A stretch of 64,000 bases of DNA from the NCBI GenBank assembly GCA_015680685.1, contig MNCI01001519.1, positions 573,318-637,317 of the forward strand, in the 5' to 3' direction. Below, in pieces: positions 45,230 through 59,830 of this stretch. The notes under the pieces are model-generated. The model did no database searches. It saw only the letters and a program-made list of their open reading frames with translations, and was not told the origin of the DNA. This DNA comes from Gnetum montanum (Eukaryota > Plantae > Gnetophyta). The stretch's first letter is position 1. Each line of letters begins with the position of its first letter. A program made the position numbers and the translations under genes.

Positions 45230-48200
45230 ATGACGTTGTTTGCTATGTGCCTTGTGCACTTCATTTAATGATAGAGCCACTAGTCTATTCTCATCTAGCG
45301 TTTTGAGATTCATTAGTCTTTCTTGTTGGGCACTTAGCTCTAAGTTAAGGTTACAAGCTATTGAAAGTGTATGGAGTTCAACTTAGATGGGATGTGTTGG
45401 AAGTTTTTTGTACACTAGCTTATAGGGAGAATACCCAATAGAAAGTTTCCATGTTAAACGATAAGTCCAAAGAGCATTGTTTAGTTTGTTGCTATAGCCC
45501 TTCCTATCTTTACTAATCATTCATGGTAGTATTTTGGTGATTTCCCTATTAGCAACCTTAGCTTGATCATAAACTTGGGGGTGGTAAGGAGTTGTTAGTT
45601 TAGGTTCAACACCCAAGCCTTACATGAGCTTTTGAAAAATGGCACCTATAAAGTGTGTCCCATTATTGAAAAATAGTGCTCATGGCACACCAAACCTATC
45701 GACAACATTTTGTTGTACAAACCGTGCTATCGTAGAGGATGAATAGTCAATGACAGTAGCAGCTTTAGCCCATTTGGTACGATAATCAATATCCATGATG
45801 ATGTAAGCCTTTCTGTTTAACATAGGATTGATGGACCCTATGAAATCAATCCCCCAAAGATCGAAAGGCTCTAGTGGTTAAATCCACTATTGCAGCCCTT
45901 ACATACGTGTGGTCATCCCTCCATCACATTGCCATCAGTCATAGGAATGGAAGAAGTGATGAGCATCCCAAAAGATTGTAGGCCAATAGTATCCTACCGT
46001 AAGAATGTGAATAGTCATCCTCCTTGTAGCATAGTGGCCTCCACAAGGACCATCCTATGTGTCTTGGAGGACTCAAAGCTAATCTACATCAGGGATAAAC
46101 CATGGAACTAGGCCATCAATGCAACTCTTGTAGAGGTTGCCCTTGATTTTTATAAAGTGCTTGGCCTGATGAAGAAATTGCTATTTCTTCCTATGGTTCC
46201 ATTCCTGTAACATCTCCTAGGTGAGTAAATAGGAGAAGATGTTATCATACCAGTTTTTTTCCTTAAGAGTTGGAGCATTAACAACACTAGCAAAGAGGAG
46301 ATCATCAGAAAATTGATCAAATAATGGGCTCTTATTCTTATTTCTATCCCATCACAACTAAGACAATTAGTTAGCTACCATATTCTCAATCCCTTTCCAT
46401 CAACCATCATCAAATCAAAATCTTAGAGGATTACCAACCACCATAGGACATGGGGGTTCACCGTTGGCTTGTTCATTAAGAACTGTATAACACTATGGTT
46501 GGTGTGTACAAACACTTTTTATCCAAGCACATAGTGCTTGAACTTTTCTAGGGCATACACCACCACCATAAGCTCCTTTTCACTGTTGGTGTAGTTGAGT
46601 TGTGCACCCACAATGCTTCTACTTGTACAATGGATATAATATGGATGTGTTTGATCGTCCATCTATGTAAGCACAATCCCCAAGGCATAATTGGATGCAT
46701 TTGTTATGATGTGGAATGGCTTGGACCAGTCTAGTGCTCATAGAGTCAAAGATTCTATGATTTTTTTCTTTAGTTGTTGGAATGCATTTTCACATTCCTT
46801 GGTCCAGATGAACGGTGCATCTTTCTTGGTAAGTTCTACCAATAGCTTGGTAATCTTTGATAAGTTTTCGATGAAGCACCAGTAATAACCAATGTGGCCA
46901 AGAAATGACCTCACATCCTTCACTATTTCAAGTTGTTTAGTTATTCTTTAGATGAACCTTATTTTCTTTGGGTTCACCTCAATCCCTTTGTTTAAGATTC
47001 GATGCCCCAAGACAATGCCCTTTTGGACAATCAAATGGCTCTTTTGCCAATTGAGTCATAAGTTGGTCTCCACACACCTCTTAAGCACTTGCTTAAGGTA
47101 GTTTAAGGCTTGTTCAAATGTGGTTCCATAGGTAGAAAAGTCATCCATGAAGACTTCTACTCCATTGCTAATCTATTGCTAAAAGATGCTAAGGACCAAT
47201 TGTTCAAATGTGATGGGAACATTGCATAGGTTAAAGGACATCTTTTAGCATGCAAAAGTCCGCAAAGAACTTGTAAACATTATCTTGGCCTAATCTTTTG
47301 ATGCAATCTGGATTTGGTTATAGCCACTATAACCATCTAGAAAGCTATAGTAGAAATGCTTTGCAATAGTATCTAACACTTGGTCCACAAATGGCAATGG
47401 GAAATGATCTTTGTAAGTTGCCATATTTAACAACTTTAAGTCTATATAGATTCTCCATTTGCCTCCTTTTTTGTACATAATAACAAGTGGGCTAATCCAC
47501 TCACTATTTGCAATAGGATAAATGAACCCAGCCTTAAGGAGTTGTTCAATCTCCTCTTTGACGATTTGCTTGAGTTTTGGGTTCAAGTGTCTTTGTAGCT
47601 GTCTCTTTGGTTTGATGGAGGAATCTATATAAATTCTATGTTGGCATATCCTTGGATCAATTCCTATTAACTCATGATATGACTAGGCAAAGGCTATTGG
47701 CCATTTGATTACAACTTCCAACAATTTCTTTTTTTGTGTAGGAGCAAGTGTGGCATTGATAATTACCAACTTACCATTATTTAGAAATGCATACTCCATT
47801 CTTGTCAATAGAGCCTTTAATTCAAGGGGCTCCTACTTAAAAGTTTCAAGAATTTCCAACTCTCCTCAATCGATCTCACTTTGTGCATTAAAGAGTTGGT
47901 GATGGAGTTGCTCCAACTTATTCATGCTTCCCACATAGGAGCTAGTGAGACTCTTAGCTAGTTCCATGCATATTGTTGTTCTAGCCTCATTTTTAGTTGC
48001 CAACCACTAAGTGCCCTCCTATTTAGTGGTTGTTGCATATAGGCACCTCTGAACCTCTATGATATTTGCACACTGGCTACATGCTTAAAGTGATGTGTCC
48101 TTGATGGTCCATAGTTTTTGCATGTAGTGGCACCTTGTGTCACTGTACATGATGCATGGAACTCTCTTCTTCTTAATTTTTCCAAACTCATTTTCCTTAG

Positions 48201-51150
48201 AAATTTTCAAGGAAAGGCCTTTGATCCCCAACCTTGCATCTATGGTGCTCAGCCATGCTTCTCTCATGATGATAGGGAAGTCTCCTTTGTGGTTTTCCAC
48301 ATGGATTACTAGAAAATCAATAGGATATGACCATCCACAAATGGTGGTCATGTTGTCTTCTACCAATCCCAAAGAAACATTGATGGATTAGTCTACCAAC
48401 TCTAGTCTAATGTTGCTCTTTTTTAATGGGGACAAGTTCTATGCTTTGTACATTTCTTGTGAAATCAAGTTAACTCTGGAACCTGAATCCAAAAGAGCCT
48501 TACATGGTTTAGTTTCAAAAATCTACAAGTAGATAAGAGTACTTCTAGGATTAGATCTCTTTCTGGGAAGATGGCCAACCTTGATCCAATCTGTGACCAC
48601 ATTGGTCAACATGACAATGTGCAATTAGGGGGCGTACTTTGGTTTGAAGGTTGCTTGATGGAAATTTCAAAGGTGAAGGTAGCAAGGTTAACAACCACAT
48701 GTGTTTGTGAGGGCTTCGTGGGACTAGTGGTTTTGAAGAATAACCTCTTGTAAGGCTTGGATTCAAAACCCCTTGGCTAAGTAGCTGGTTGTAAGTTTAC
48801 TACTCTTGTAGCATTCCTCTACTATGGTTGGACAGGTATTTCACCCTATGTGGATGGAGCATGTGGCATAGGAGTTAAAGATGGTGGTGCAAGTGTGGAA
48901 GAGCATTAAGGAGGATGTTAAGGAAATGGGGACTTCCCCCTTCATAAAGGTGCTTTGTAGTATTCAGGAGGATAATAGTGGTGTCGGAAGGAAGCATGAC
49001 TAGAAGAGTCATGTGGAGAGATGGGCTGTTGAACGTAATACCCATATGGATCTAGTTGGCGATAAGGGTACTACTGCCTTAGGGGAGACATCCCCCACAA
49101 GTGTGAATGTTGCCATTGGTAGTATTATTCCTAAGGTTGAGAAAGTGCTCCACTTGGATAGTAAGCTTATTGGTAGAACTATTACCAATAGTTTCCTTGT
49201 GGATAAGGCAACTACCTGGGTGCTTGTCATTTTGCTAGTCTCATATTTAGAGCATACACCCCAAATTCTTGTAGGTGTGACAAGATCGGGTAACATCCCT
49301 TGGGATGTTCATATTGGTAGATGTCACAACCATCATCATCAATTTCTAAATCTACAACCTCCTCTACTACTACAACTTTATCCTTATCTCTATAGTTTTC
49401 TCATTTAGCATCCTTTTTCTTCCTTCTCTCACAGCCACTTTCTCCATGATCCTTACATTCTTCTATAATCTTTAAAGTAGCTTGAAACTTTTCAACCAAG
49501 GAGTCTCACATTTTGTTAACCTTAGTTGAGATTTCAGTAGTAGATTTTTGAATTAGCAAAGTGTTCCTCTACACCACTTCATCAAGTGATGCCTTTTCCT
49601 CATTATCATAGAAACAAACCTCCCTTTTGCGGATGGAGGGGTCTCTATTGTATTCTTCTGCACTTTTTTGCTTTTTTAGCTCTCCTTCCTCTTTGGCCAC
49701 TTGCTCAATGAGCCTTTGAATTTGATGAGTCCTTAGCTTAGAAATTCTCCCTTGGGCATAGACCCCAAGGATTCTCCTTGTTTCAATTCTGAGCCCATCT
49801 ATGATATGGCATAGCTGATCCCTTTGAGAGTATCCATGGCCTCGACATCGATGCAACAAAGAATAGTACCTACCCATGGTTGCATCCAAGGACTCATGAA
49901 TACCTTGTTTCCACCCTTGGATTTGCCTTCTCAAATTGGACATCTAGAATATGTTTGGTATTTGTTGTTGAACATCTCTAGCATCGTACTCCATTGTTGA
50001 ATGGATTCAGGTTGCATGGACTGGCACCAACTTTCTACCTCCTTTATGAGTGTCCTTGGGAACAGTTTTAGCTTTTTTCATTCATTTTCTACATTTTGCA
50101 AGGCATAGGCATCATGGAAGGCTTGTAAATGCTTTTGTGGATCTAAATTATATCCCCCTTCAAACTTAGGGATATTGTTCATATCCAGTCATTTAATGTG
50201 GCTATTCTTCAAGTGCCTAGTGGAAATTTGGATAGCCTCTGAAATATTCAACATGTTTCTGGTAGCTAGCATGGGTTCATCATAGTCATGACTATTTCTA
50301 TGACCCCTATCATTACTATGATGCCTATGATGAGTCCTGCTATGCCTTCATTCTATATGATGTTCATCCCCACATTGCTGCTCATGCCCATAGTCCTTAT
50401 TTTCTTGGCAAGATCTATGATCATCTCTATCTTGATTTTCATATCCATCCCAATCTCTATTTCTTTTGCCATGGTCTCGACCTCTGCTTGTCCTATTGGA
50501 GTTGGAGGAGGAAGATAATGAGGATGATGATGAAGGCAAAGAGGAAGGAGAATCAGCACCCGAATGGTGCCTACTGCCTCCTCTTCTTTAGGTCCTACCC
50601 TGATCACCATGTTTATCTTTCTGCTGGTGCTTGTCATTGTTCCTGACTCTAGATGAATGGTTGTGGATACCATCTTTCGAGATTCCCTAATCTTAAGAGT
50701 CATTCTTCCCATCACCAATGTTGTCCATAGTTGACTACAATCGTTGGTTAAGGCTCTCACCATCAAAGATAGGGGGAGAATTTATGTATCGAGAGGCACC
50801 CAAAAAGAAGTCCTCACCTTCTTTGTGGGTTTGCAAGAACAAGTGGTTAGGAAATCGTTTGCCTTTTGAAGCCTCATATCAAGCTTCCATTTGCTGATCT
50901 TTTTTCTATTGGGCCTTTGTGGGATGATAATCTCGATAGGCATTGTCTTGAACCTCGTACTCTGCATTAAGTCTGACAATGACCAACTTAATGAGATTGT
51001 TCAATAGCATTGCAAGAATGGATTGGTCAAGAGGCAACACAATGTTACCCTCCATGTTCCTCCATCATAGCTACCTGTCTTGATGTAGGATTAAGGTGAA
51101 ATTCAGAGTGTAAGTGTCTGGATGAGTATAAACGACTGTGAACTATTGGG
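45230..51150 (-). pseudogene. Athila gag-pol, heavily decayed
   Basis: Gag LKLFPRTL; protease ALLDSGSRVNLI; RT KDHFPLPFVDQVLD, FLDGYSGYNQI, VEVFMDDF; RNase H DVRSFLGH, DASNYALG, YTNSEKEL; integrase PFDLWGIDFIGS. Confidence 0.9.
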
Positions 51151-51365
51151 GCACTTGCATCTTTTAGCCTTCCTACCTATGATTGGATCTGGTTACAAAT
51201 GTTGGTGGAGAATTCTCCTTGCGAGAAGCCATATTAGTGATTTCTCAAAAGTAGTGTGTGTTTAGTAATATTATGCTTTGTAATGATTTTTCTTTAAGTG
51301 TTCTTTTACAAAATCCTTAGATAATTTTACAATCTTTCCTATGTAGCACACTTAGCTAACTAAAG

Positions 51366-51383
51366 TTCCTGACAATGATGCCA
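51366..51383 (-). promoter_or_regulatory. Primer binding site, tRNA-Asp type
   Basis: Minus strand TGGCATCATTGTCAGGAA, 1 nt from the LTR. Confidence 0.75.
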
Positions 51384-51384
51384 A

Positions 51385-52249
51385 TAATGAGCATTGAGTA
51401 GTCCCTACATCCAACATTACAAATCACAAGTGTTGCACTAGTGATTTGGTCAAATTATGTAGACTTTAGCTCCTAAATGCATAACAGGCAAAGGTAGTGA
51501 CTTAAAGATGAGATCATTGTCTTCTTGGCTTAACTTGTGTTAGTGAAAGTGTATGGTTAACTGTACACCAAGGTACATTATTTTTATTGATTTTATATTT
51601 TATTTTATTTAGTCTAAGTATGAAATAAAGAGAGAATTAATAATGGTTAACTATTTAACTATCTAGTATCCTAATCCAACTATCCTAACATAAGCATCTG
51701 AGCCCACTTTTTGTTCGCATCGTAAACTTGCTTTAATGCTACTAGGTTACAAAGTGCCTATTACTAGGAGTACCAAAGAGCCACTACTGGGATTACCAAG
51801 CATTAAGCAATATGTTAGAAGTGGTCATGCTTATGTGTTTGTTATTAACCATATTAATTAATCAAAGAAATTAATGTAAAAATTCATAAGTAAATGAATG
51901 CACAAAAGGAAACATTAATCTATTCCAAGTGTTGAAAGAAATGCCAAAAATCTCATCTTTATTGATGGTTACATCAATGTGTTTAAGTATAAGATGCTTG
52001 AATAAAGAATAATACAATCCTTGGAATCCTATTGCCGGCACTCAAAAAACATTCTAACTCTAGGCTAACGAAACTGTGAGAGCTTTGCTATGCTATGGAA
52101 TTAAGGTGTCATAACTGTGGTGGGTACACACATTTATATAGGCAAAGATAGACACTACGTCAATGCATCTACATCGGCGCATCTAATCATGCGTTGACAA
52201 GGTTGCATTGATGCATGAACATCGATGCAATGCATCTAGTGATTTATCA
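51385..52249 (-). repeat. Athila 5' LTR (~865 bp)
   Basis: Minus strand TGATAA...TCATTA; TATA box cctatataaat near 52135. Confidence 0.9.
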
Positions 52250-53884
52250 CTAGGATTCTTCAACCATAAGGCATGAATGTTAAACTTAACATAACATTCA
52301 ACCAATGCTTAGAGATGTTCACGCATCCTAGGTTAGAAAAGAAAAGGCTTGCCTTTTTTCATGCAAGATGTACCAACCTTTTTACTTGGAGCAAAATCTA
52401 GTTGCTTAACATGTGAGCTAGTTTTCTATCTTTGATAGTTATACAAGAGTGTAGACTTAATCCTCTAAATCCAAAGGGAGACTATATCATACCTTGGGAA
52501 AACCACTCCCTATGCCTAGTGTGAGTTTGATACTTGCATGAGTAGGAATCTTTAGGACTTGAGCCTTACTATGACATCACCCAACTCCTTAGTTGAGAAG
52601 AGAACACACTAATTCTCCACTCGTTAAAAGTGGTCCATCTCGAATTTGCTTAGGACCATCTAGCCTATTTTGTATTCACCTTATTTTTTTACTATTTACA
52701 AGTAACACTATGACTCCCTAGCCACTCTTTTAGATCCACAAAGATAGATCAATGTGATTCTTTGTGTAGAAATTTGTAATGAACATCTCATTATACTTTT
52801 GAGTATAGTTATCCTTCCATATGTTCTTCTCTGAGGATGTGCCTTGCGAGTGTATCAAAAGCTCATCTTCTAATTAGGAGCACATCCAATTATGCACATG
52901 TTAACAATGGAATATATTTATCACACTTTTACAACCCCAATGTTTAGAGGCCCTTGAGATCACATTTGATTTGGATTAGCATCTCTAAGCTTGAACTTCT
53001 TCTTAAGAAATCAAGACAATGTAGTTCTTTTGAATAATAGTTAAGATAACATGGAATCCATAAGGATCTCCACACTTCACCTACCCTATTTTTGAAGGAA
53101 AATAATCTTTGAATCACCAACATAACATGCTTTCTTACAATAGCTCCATAATTTCTTCTTCTTGATTTTTTAAACCTCATGCCAAATGCTCCTTACAAAT
53201 GAACACCAAAAAAAATAATGGTTGAATAATTCTAAGGACATTCCATAATGCATGGAAAGATCATCTACAATTAAACCCTTTTGATGTGATAAAATTTTCA
53301 TTGGAAGTTTATCATAAAGACATTTAGAAATGAATATCTTATGTTTTGGAATACTAACATCTCTTAACTAGGATTTACAAAATTTATGTTTAGGAGCTTA
53401 TTAGTTTAAGTTATATTAGCTATATATCTTTGGGTGTACTTATAGTCATATTATTTTGAGTTTTGACATCCTTCCCCATCTAACTCTTCGTTCCCCTTCC
53501 TCCTCTTTTTGTCAGTTGTCATTCATGATATTATTAAAAAGGACAAACAATACATGTTTAAAGGCTAAGAATCAAAATTCTCTAATGTTTTTACTAAGTA
53601 ATGTTATTGGAGGATTCTATGATGCATTCTTTTGGTAATGTTGTTGTAAGTATGATTCCATGATTTATGTAGTTTATTAGTTAGTCATTGTACATTGCAT
53701 TATGTAAGTTTTCTTTCTTAAGGAAATGATGTAATGCAAAAGCATACTATTGATGCCATTTAAGCTAGTTGCTATTATCAATCTTCTTCCTTGTAAATAT
53801 GAAACTAGAGATTTTATAATGTTTATAGATTTGAAGGATCTATTGGATAGCTAATACAATCATATCCTAGAAACAAAAACAGAG

Positions 53885-54002
53885 TGGGTTGCTAAGTGGA
53901 TTGATGAATGAGTGAAAGACTAACCTCTTAAAGTGGTAGTGCTCAAGCTTGAATCTATATCTTCCAACTTGAAAAAAAAGCACCTTAACATCACTTCAAA
54001 TG
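53885..54002 (-). mobile_element. SINE, decayed copy of the 14530/26006 family
   Basis: Minus strand: catttgaagtgatgttaaggtgctt...agattcaagc...agaggttagtctttcactcat. Confidence 0.5.
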
Positions 54003-57000
54003 TATGTATTATTCATAAATGGACTCCAACAATTTGAAAGAAAAGACAAGTCACTTATAATAACAAGGGCTAAGGCATAACAAAAGTACAAGATAAAGAT
54101 ATTCAAGAAGAGCAATGTGAAGATTAGATATTAAAGAAGAGAAATGTGTTCCAAAAGACTTCACTTAAATCCTCATCCTCAACCTACATTTAAAGTTTCA
54201 ACTACCTTTCTTATTTTCATGTAAGAATACCCTAAGCTACTCCACTAGAATCTATTATTCTTCTTTTGGTTTACTAGTTTTTGTGGTTCTTCATTTTCAT
54301 TATGCACCTATTGAATTTTTTTTTCACTCTTTGTCAATATGTAGTTCTTGATTTCTATTCTTTCTCTCTCTCTTTTTACTATTATTATTGCTAATTATAA
54401 ATCGTAGTTTTTATCAATGTAAAATTCTATTACAAATTGTTTGATCTTGTTGTGAATGTTAGTGAATTTTTGGAAACATGTTATGTCTTTTGAACTTGGC
54501 AATGCACTACATGAGGTAGCAAGGTTGCTAGTAAATATACAAATGCCAATTGAGGTATTAATCTCTAGCCCAGCTTACAGAGTACTACATGAGAGAGCAA
54601 GTAGGAAACAACTAATCTAGCATACACCGTCTAATGTAGTTGAGGTTCTTAGCTACATGTAAGGTACACTTAGGGATACTAGGTTCTAGTTTAGAGGTGT
54701 TGGCCACTTGGCACCATAAGAGATATACTAGTAGTTATTAAATGAAAAAAATTATTCATCAAAATATCTTTTTTGTATTCCTACCTACTTTCAAAGTTTT
54801 GAAGCTACTTGTAATCATTAACTATTATGCTTTTGTGATAGATTTTCAAATGTAAACAATTGATTCAAGTTTGTTATCTTAGTCAACCTAGTTGTGAGGA
54901 CCTTGTTAGTTGTTTTTAAATTAAATCTCATCTTTGGAGCTACCCATGGTTGTAGGTGGGCATGAGGAGTTAATTCTTAGTGAAATTATGTTTTATTTCT
55001 TTTTTGTATTACCATAATAGATATGTGCCAAGACCTTACCATTAGAGGGAATATTTAGCATTGATAAAGATTTTTTCTATCTTTGAACTAGTTGTCATTG
55101 CTTATCTAATTTAGAACATAGAAATTTTGTTTACTTTTTTTAAATACTGGTTATTGTAAATATTTTTATTTAAGTGTTAAACTCCCTTAAATCAACCATG
55201 CTATGTAGTCTCTTTTGTTTTGATAGTATATTTAAATGGTTAAATATATCTTCAATGGTTTTTACTAATTAGGTTTTAAGTTTAATTTGGTACCAAATTT
55301 TTAAATAGGTACCTTACATTAAAATAATTATGTAGCAAAAAATTGATTAAAAATGAAACTTTTTTTTCTGTAGTTAATCATTAAGTGCTACTCTTTTTAA
55401 CTTTCTAATTGATTGATGCTATGAGCCCATGTATATTTGACATGTACTGCATAACATATTTAATTATTTAATGATACATACATGTGATAACAAAATGTTC
55501 TATTTTTAATCATTGTTGATCATCCAATTTAACATTTGCTCTATAAATTTTTAATCCCATTATTCATGTCCCAAATTGAGGTTTAATAAAAAAGCCTTAA
55601 TTTACCCTTAGTTCTAATTACATGCATTCAAAGCCATAGTTTTAAGAGTAGAAGCACAATTACAAGCTAAAACTATGTATGCATAGAATGTGTGTGGTGT
55701 TGAAGATTTCACAATTCCACAAATTAGTCTAGTGCCTAATAGATTACACTTGCTCATAAATCTTATATTCCATAAGCATTTTAATGAATTTATATTTCAT
55801 GAAGACATGAAGAAATAAATGAAAGAATTGAAAATGGATGAATACACATGTTGCTCAATTTGCATAACCGACTTAATATTGGATGTGGAATTAGAAGGAA
55901 TTCTACACTCCTATGACAATGGGGTGATTAAAGTTAGCTATAAGAATCATTCATTCCATGTTCCAATAATGAAGAAAGCATTGAGGCATGCATTCTATAA
56001 CAACAATATGAACTATGCTCAATTTGTAGCTAAGAACATTAATAAGAACTAAAAACATTAACAAGAACTTTCTTGCTTATGTTTTTATGATAAAAGAAAC
56101 ATTTCATAAAGCTAAGTCAAAGTGTTTGGGTTAATAAACAACCTCAAGGAGCCATTTTGTACAATGTATATTGTATTCAATTATTTGCGAGATTGTTCTT
56201 ACTATCATACTTCCAACCAATGGGGATTGTTAAAGCTACTTTACCTTGTAAGTTTTTTGAAGACTAAGTGTTGTTGGGCATAATTTGTCATAATCAACTT
56301 CCATTGTGCCATTGCCAAGATTCACTACAATCAGAGTTTTAGGTCTGAATTCCAACAACCTCTCATTATTATCATGGTAAAAATGATATATACTTTAAGC
56401 ATGCTTTCACAATTATCTACCTTAGCAATAATACTAATCTTATTGTTAGATATGAAGGTCATAAATCTAGACAATAAAGATATAATTACTACAAGGAAGG
56501 TTGTGAAGAAAATTGTTACAATGATCATAATGTCATAACTCACATATCTCTTTAGGCATTGTTGGTGGGAATCTAAAGAGAGATTGCATTGCATTAGGTG
56601 CTACAATGACAAATTCTAGTTGCACTAAGAGAGGAAGATAGAAGATTGAAGTAATGACTTCAACAAGAAATCCATGTCATACAAAGAAGTCAAAGCCTAT
56701 AGTTGAAAATTTATATCTAAAACATAAGGAAAAACTACTTTAAGATAAGTTCTTTCTCATTCCTAGCCCTTGTTATCATGCAATTGCTCAAGATCATGAT
56801 TTTTTTTTTTTTGGCATTTGTATGTTAGATATTTTTGCATTAGAGGTGAATAAGGAGATTTTGAACATGACTTAGTCAAGTCATGCATTACAGGCTTGTA
56901 CTAACATATTCATGACAAATGTGTACAAGATGATTAATACATAAAACGATGCATCTCGTATATGAATCCCTTACATCAAAGAGTGGAGAAATAAAAACAT

Positions 57001-59751
57001 ACATGGTGCAATCTATTTAAAATATGGGAGAAATCTTCTATGATAACCATTGAAGGAGGAGTAAGATATTGACTTGAATTACAAGAATCCAATTTTCTAC
57101 ACAAGCATGACATTGTATGTATGGTTGTTTACCAATACATTGAATTTATGTTGCATTATGTAGACCTTAGGTTTACATAGAAGAGAAAGTGAGCGAGCTT
57201 ACAAAAACTATGGAGAAGCTTTCATTATTAGAACAAAAATAGATGAAGTAGAAGTTTAAATTTTAGGTTAGGAAAAGCAATAAAACAAGATGACAAGCAA
57301 TTTCAAAGCATATGTTGGTACTGTAGAATAGGATAAGGTAGAGATCAAGCTAGAGTTGGCATTGCTAGATCATTTATGATCTCAAATCAATGCAAAGTCT
57401 AAGTTGGATTTATCATAAATTGGAGAATAACAAGAGAAGCATAGATGATTTCAAGTTTCAATAGGTTAAGCTATATGAAGACCTCAAAGATATCAATGAA
57501 ACACATTTAGGATTAGTGGAAGAACATAGTATCCTCTAAGTAAAATTGAGAGAAGAAAAAGATCATATACACACTACACAGGCTACAACTTAAGAATTGT
57601 TGATTGAAGTAATAGAGAAAAAAGTTAGATAATAAATGTACAAAGATAAAACATAAAAACTAATCAAGTGAAGGAGTTGCAAGCATAGCTAGCTATATGA
57701 CAATCATTACCAACACCTACTACATTAGCAAATGTTATGATAGGTGATGTCTTGGATGTTATACTTAAAAAGCCTAAATTGAAGCTTGAACTAGCTTCAT
57801 AAACTCAACCAGAAATTTCTACAATGGTTGATCCACCACCATTAAGAGATGCTCAATCACCTAAGAAAGCATCATTAAGATCTTATATTAATTATATGGA
57901 ATCCACTTTGTATACACTTGACATGGTTATCTCATGATCTTGCCATGTAATCAATTCTTGATGTAATAAAGAAAGTATGTATGTTTCAAAATCTTATTGT
58001 ATCATTTGTCTACATACTTATGAATGAATGGGAGAGCATCCTTGTATGTGTCATTATACATCTTCATGATTGGCCACTATGAGAATGTATGTGCACTTGT
58101 AAAGTTCATCAAATGATCATTCATCAATTTCTTCACTAAGTGACTAAATGCAATTACAAAACTCAAGGTTAAAAGGTAATGATAGATCCTAATCTTGCAT
58201 AACATTTCTCAATCATTAGTTTCATGAGAGGTTTAATCTAGTTGATATGAATTGTGAGGATGAATTATTGTATCTTTCCTATGAATCTTAAAAGCATAGA
58301 CCAAATGACTATAATATGTGTGTAGTCCAAAAATGTGAAGAAATGTAAAGGAAAATGAATTGAGTAAGAAGAGTACGAAGACATGGACTTCCAAAGAGTC
58401 CATGAATACAAAATCTAAAGAAATCTTTAAAAAATGATGTGTGTTTTTGAAAATTCAAACATCATCATAACCAAAAGATTAGAAGATGACTAAGAAGTTC
58501 CTTGGAAGTAATATGAAGCAAGGATCCAATTTTAGGAATAGGACAAGAAGGTTTAAAGGAATTTGACTAATGTTTAGAAGATCTACAAAACTTTAGAAGT
58601 AGCTATAAAGTATGAAGAACAAGCTACAATAAGATGTAGTAGTCTATTGAAGATTTGAGAGTTTGTATAAGAAGACATAATTATGCCTTAAAAAAAACAT
58701 TAGTCTCTCATGTAAGACCAACCATAATAAGTATAAAGTCTACAATGAAACTTACATGAGATATATATCCTATGATTGGATGATTAATTAATAATATCTT
58801 TCTTAATGTCTTAATTACAAGATCCTTGTGTAATTAAAGTTACCCAAGAAATGTAATAATGTCTTTCTTTTTAGATTTTATCACAACTCATTTTTGTGAA
58901 AAGCGCAAGTCACAATTTTCTCATAATACAACCAAAATTTTAGTTTGTTTTCATTATTAGTGATTTATTTAGTTCAATACAAGTGACAATAATTATCAAA
59001 ACCTAGATCTAGGCTCAGCTTTGGTAAATATTCATTGAATATGTAACTACCAAACAACAATTATTCAAGGTAATTATTGATTAACTTTTCAAAGAATCTA
59101 AGCTAATTTTGGCAAGTTTACAAAGATTGCGACATGAATATTTCATAGAAATTGCCAAAATTGATTTGAAAATTTTTCTTTTTTATTGCATAGGATCAAG
59201 GAAATTAAAAAACACTAAAGTCGATCATTAAAAATAGATTCTCTATGCGGATCATGGCAAAAAATAGTTCCGTAAGGATCCTACATGAATAACTACTTCC
59301 CCCACAAATAAATTAATCACTTAATGCTATAAACAATGTTTTTATTTTCGCAAAAGTTTTTCTTATTTTGCAAATTATCTTTTAGACATTCTTGGCTGCA
59401 CATGAATATAGTTAATACTTTTTATCAATTAATATAAAAAAATTGAAACTATAGTTTTTCAAGAAAAACTTCCTAGGCTATACTACTTATGTAAAAAATG
59501 GCACACTTAAAAATATGTATATTGCTTTTAGCTTTTTGCCAACTACCATTTTTCTTTTCCTTTAACCTTATTTTCCCATTTTTATGCTATTAAATATTTA
59601 TGAATAGCTATTTACATTTATACTATTTTATAAATCACCATGGTTGAATCATAGATTTTTAAAATTATTTACAAATTGCAAATTGATAATAGTTTACAAA
59701 ATGTATGCTACAAAGTAAATTGAAAAATAATATATAAATATAAAAGAATAA

Positions 59752-59830
59752 AGTTAAGGCTTTTGACCCTCCTAGGACTTGCTTAGTAAGATGAGCACCA
59801 TGACCTTGGATGATCCTTTTTAAGAAAAAA
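59752..59830 (+). mobile_element. SINE 3' fragment of the same family
   Basis: accctcctaggacttgcttagtaagatgagcaccatgaccttggatgatcc matches 14630-14681. Confidence 0.6.

Larger units (their letters stand above)
39710..52249 (-). mobile_element. Full-length, old Athila-type Ty3/Gypsy element (12.5 kb) with TSD CTAGG
   Basis: TSD at 39705-39709 and 52250-52254; paired LTRs; tRNA-Asp-type PBS; gag-PR-RT-RH-INT followed by an extra ORF. Confidence 0.95.
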
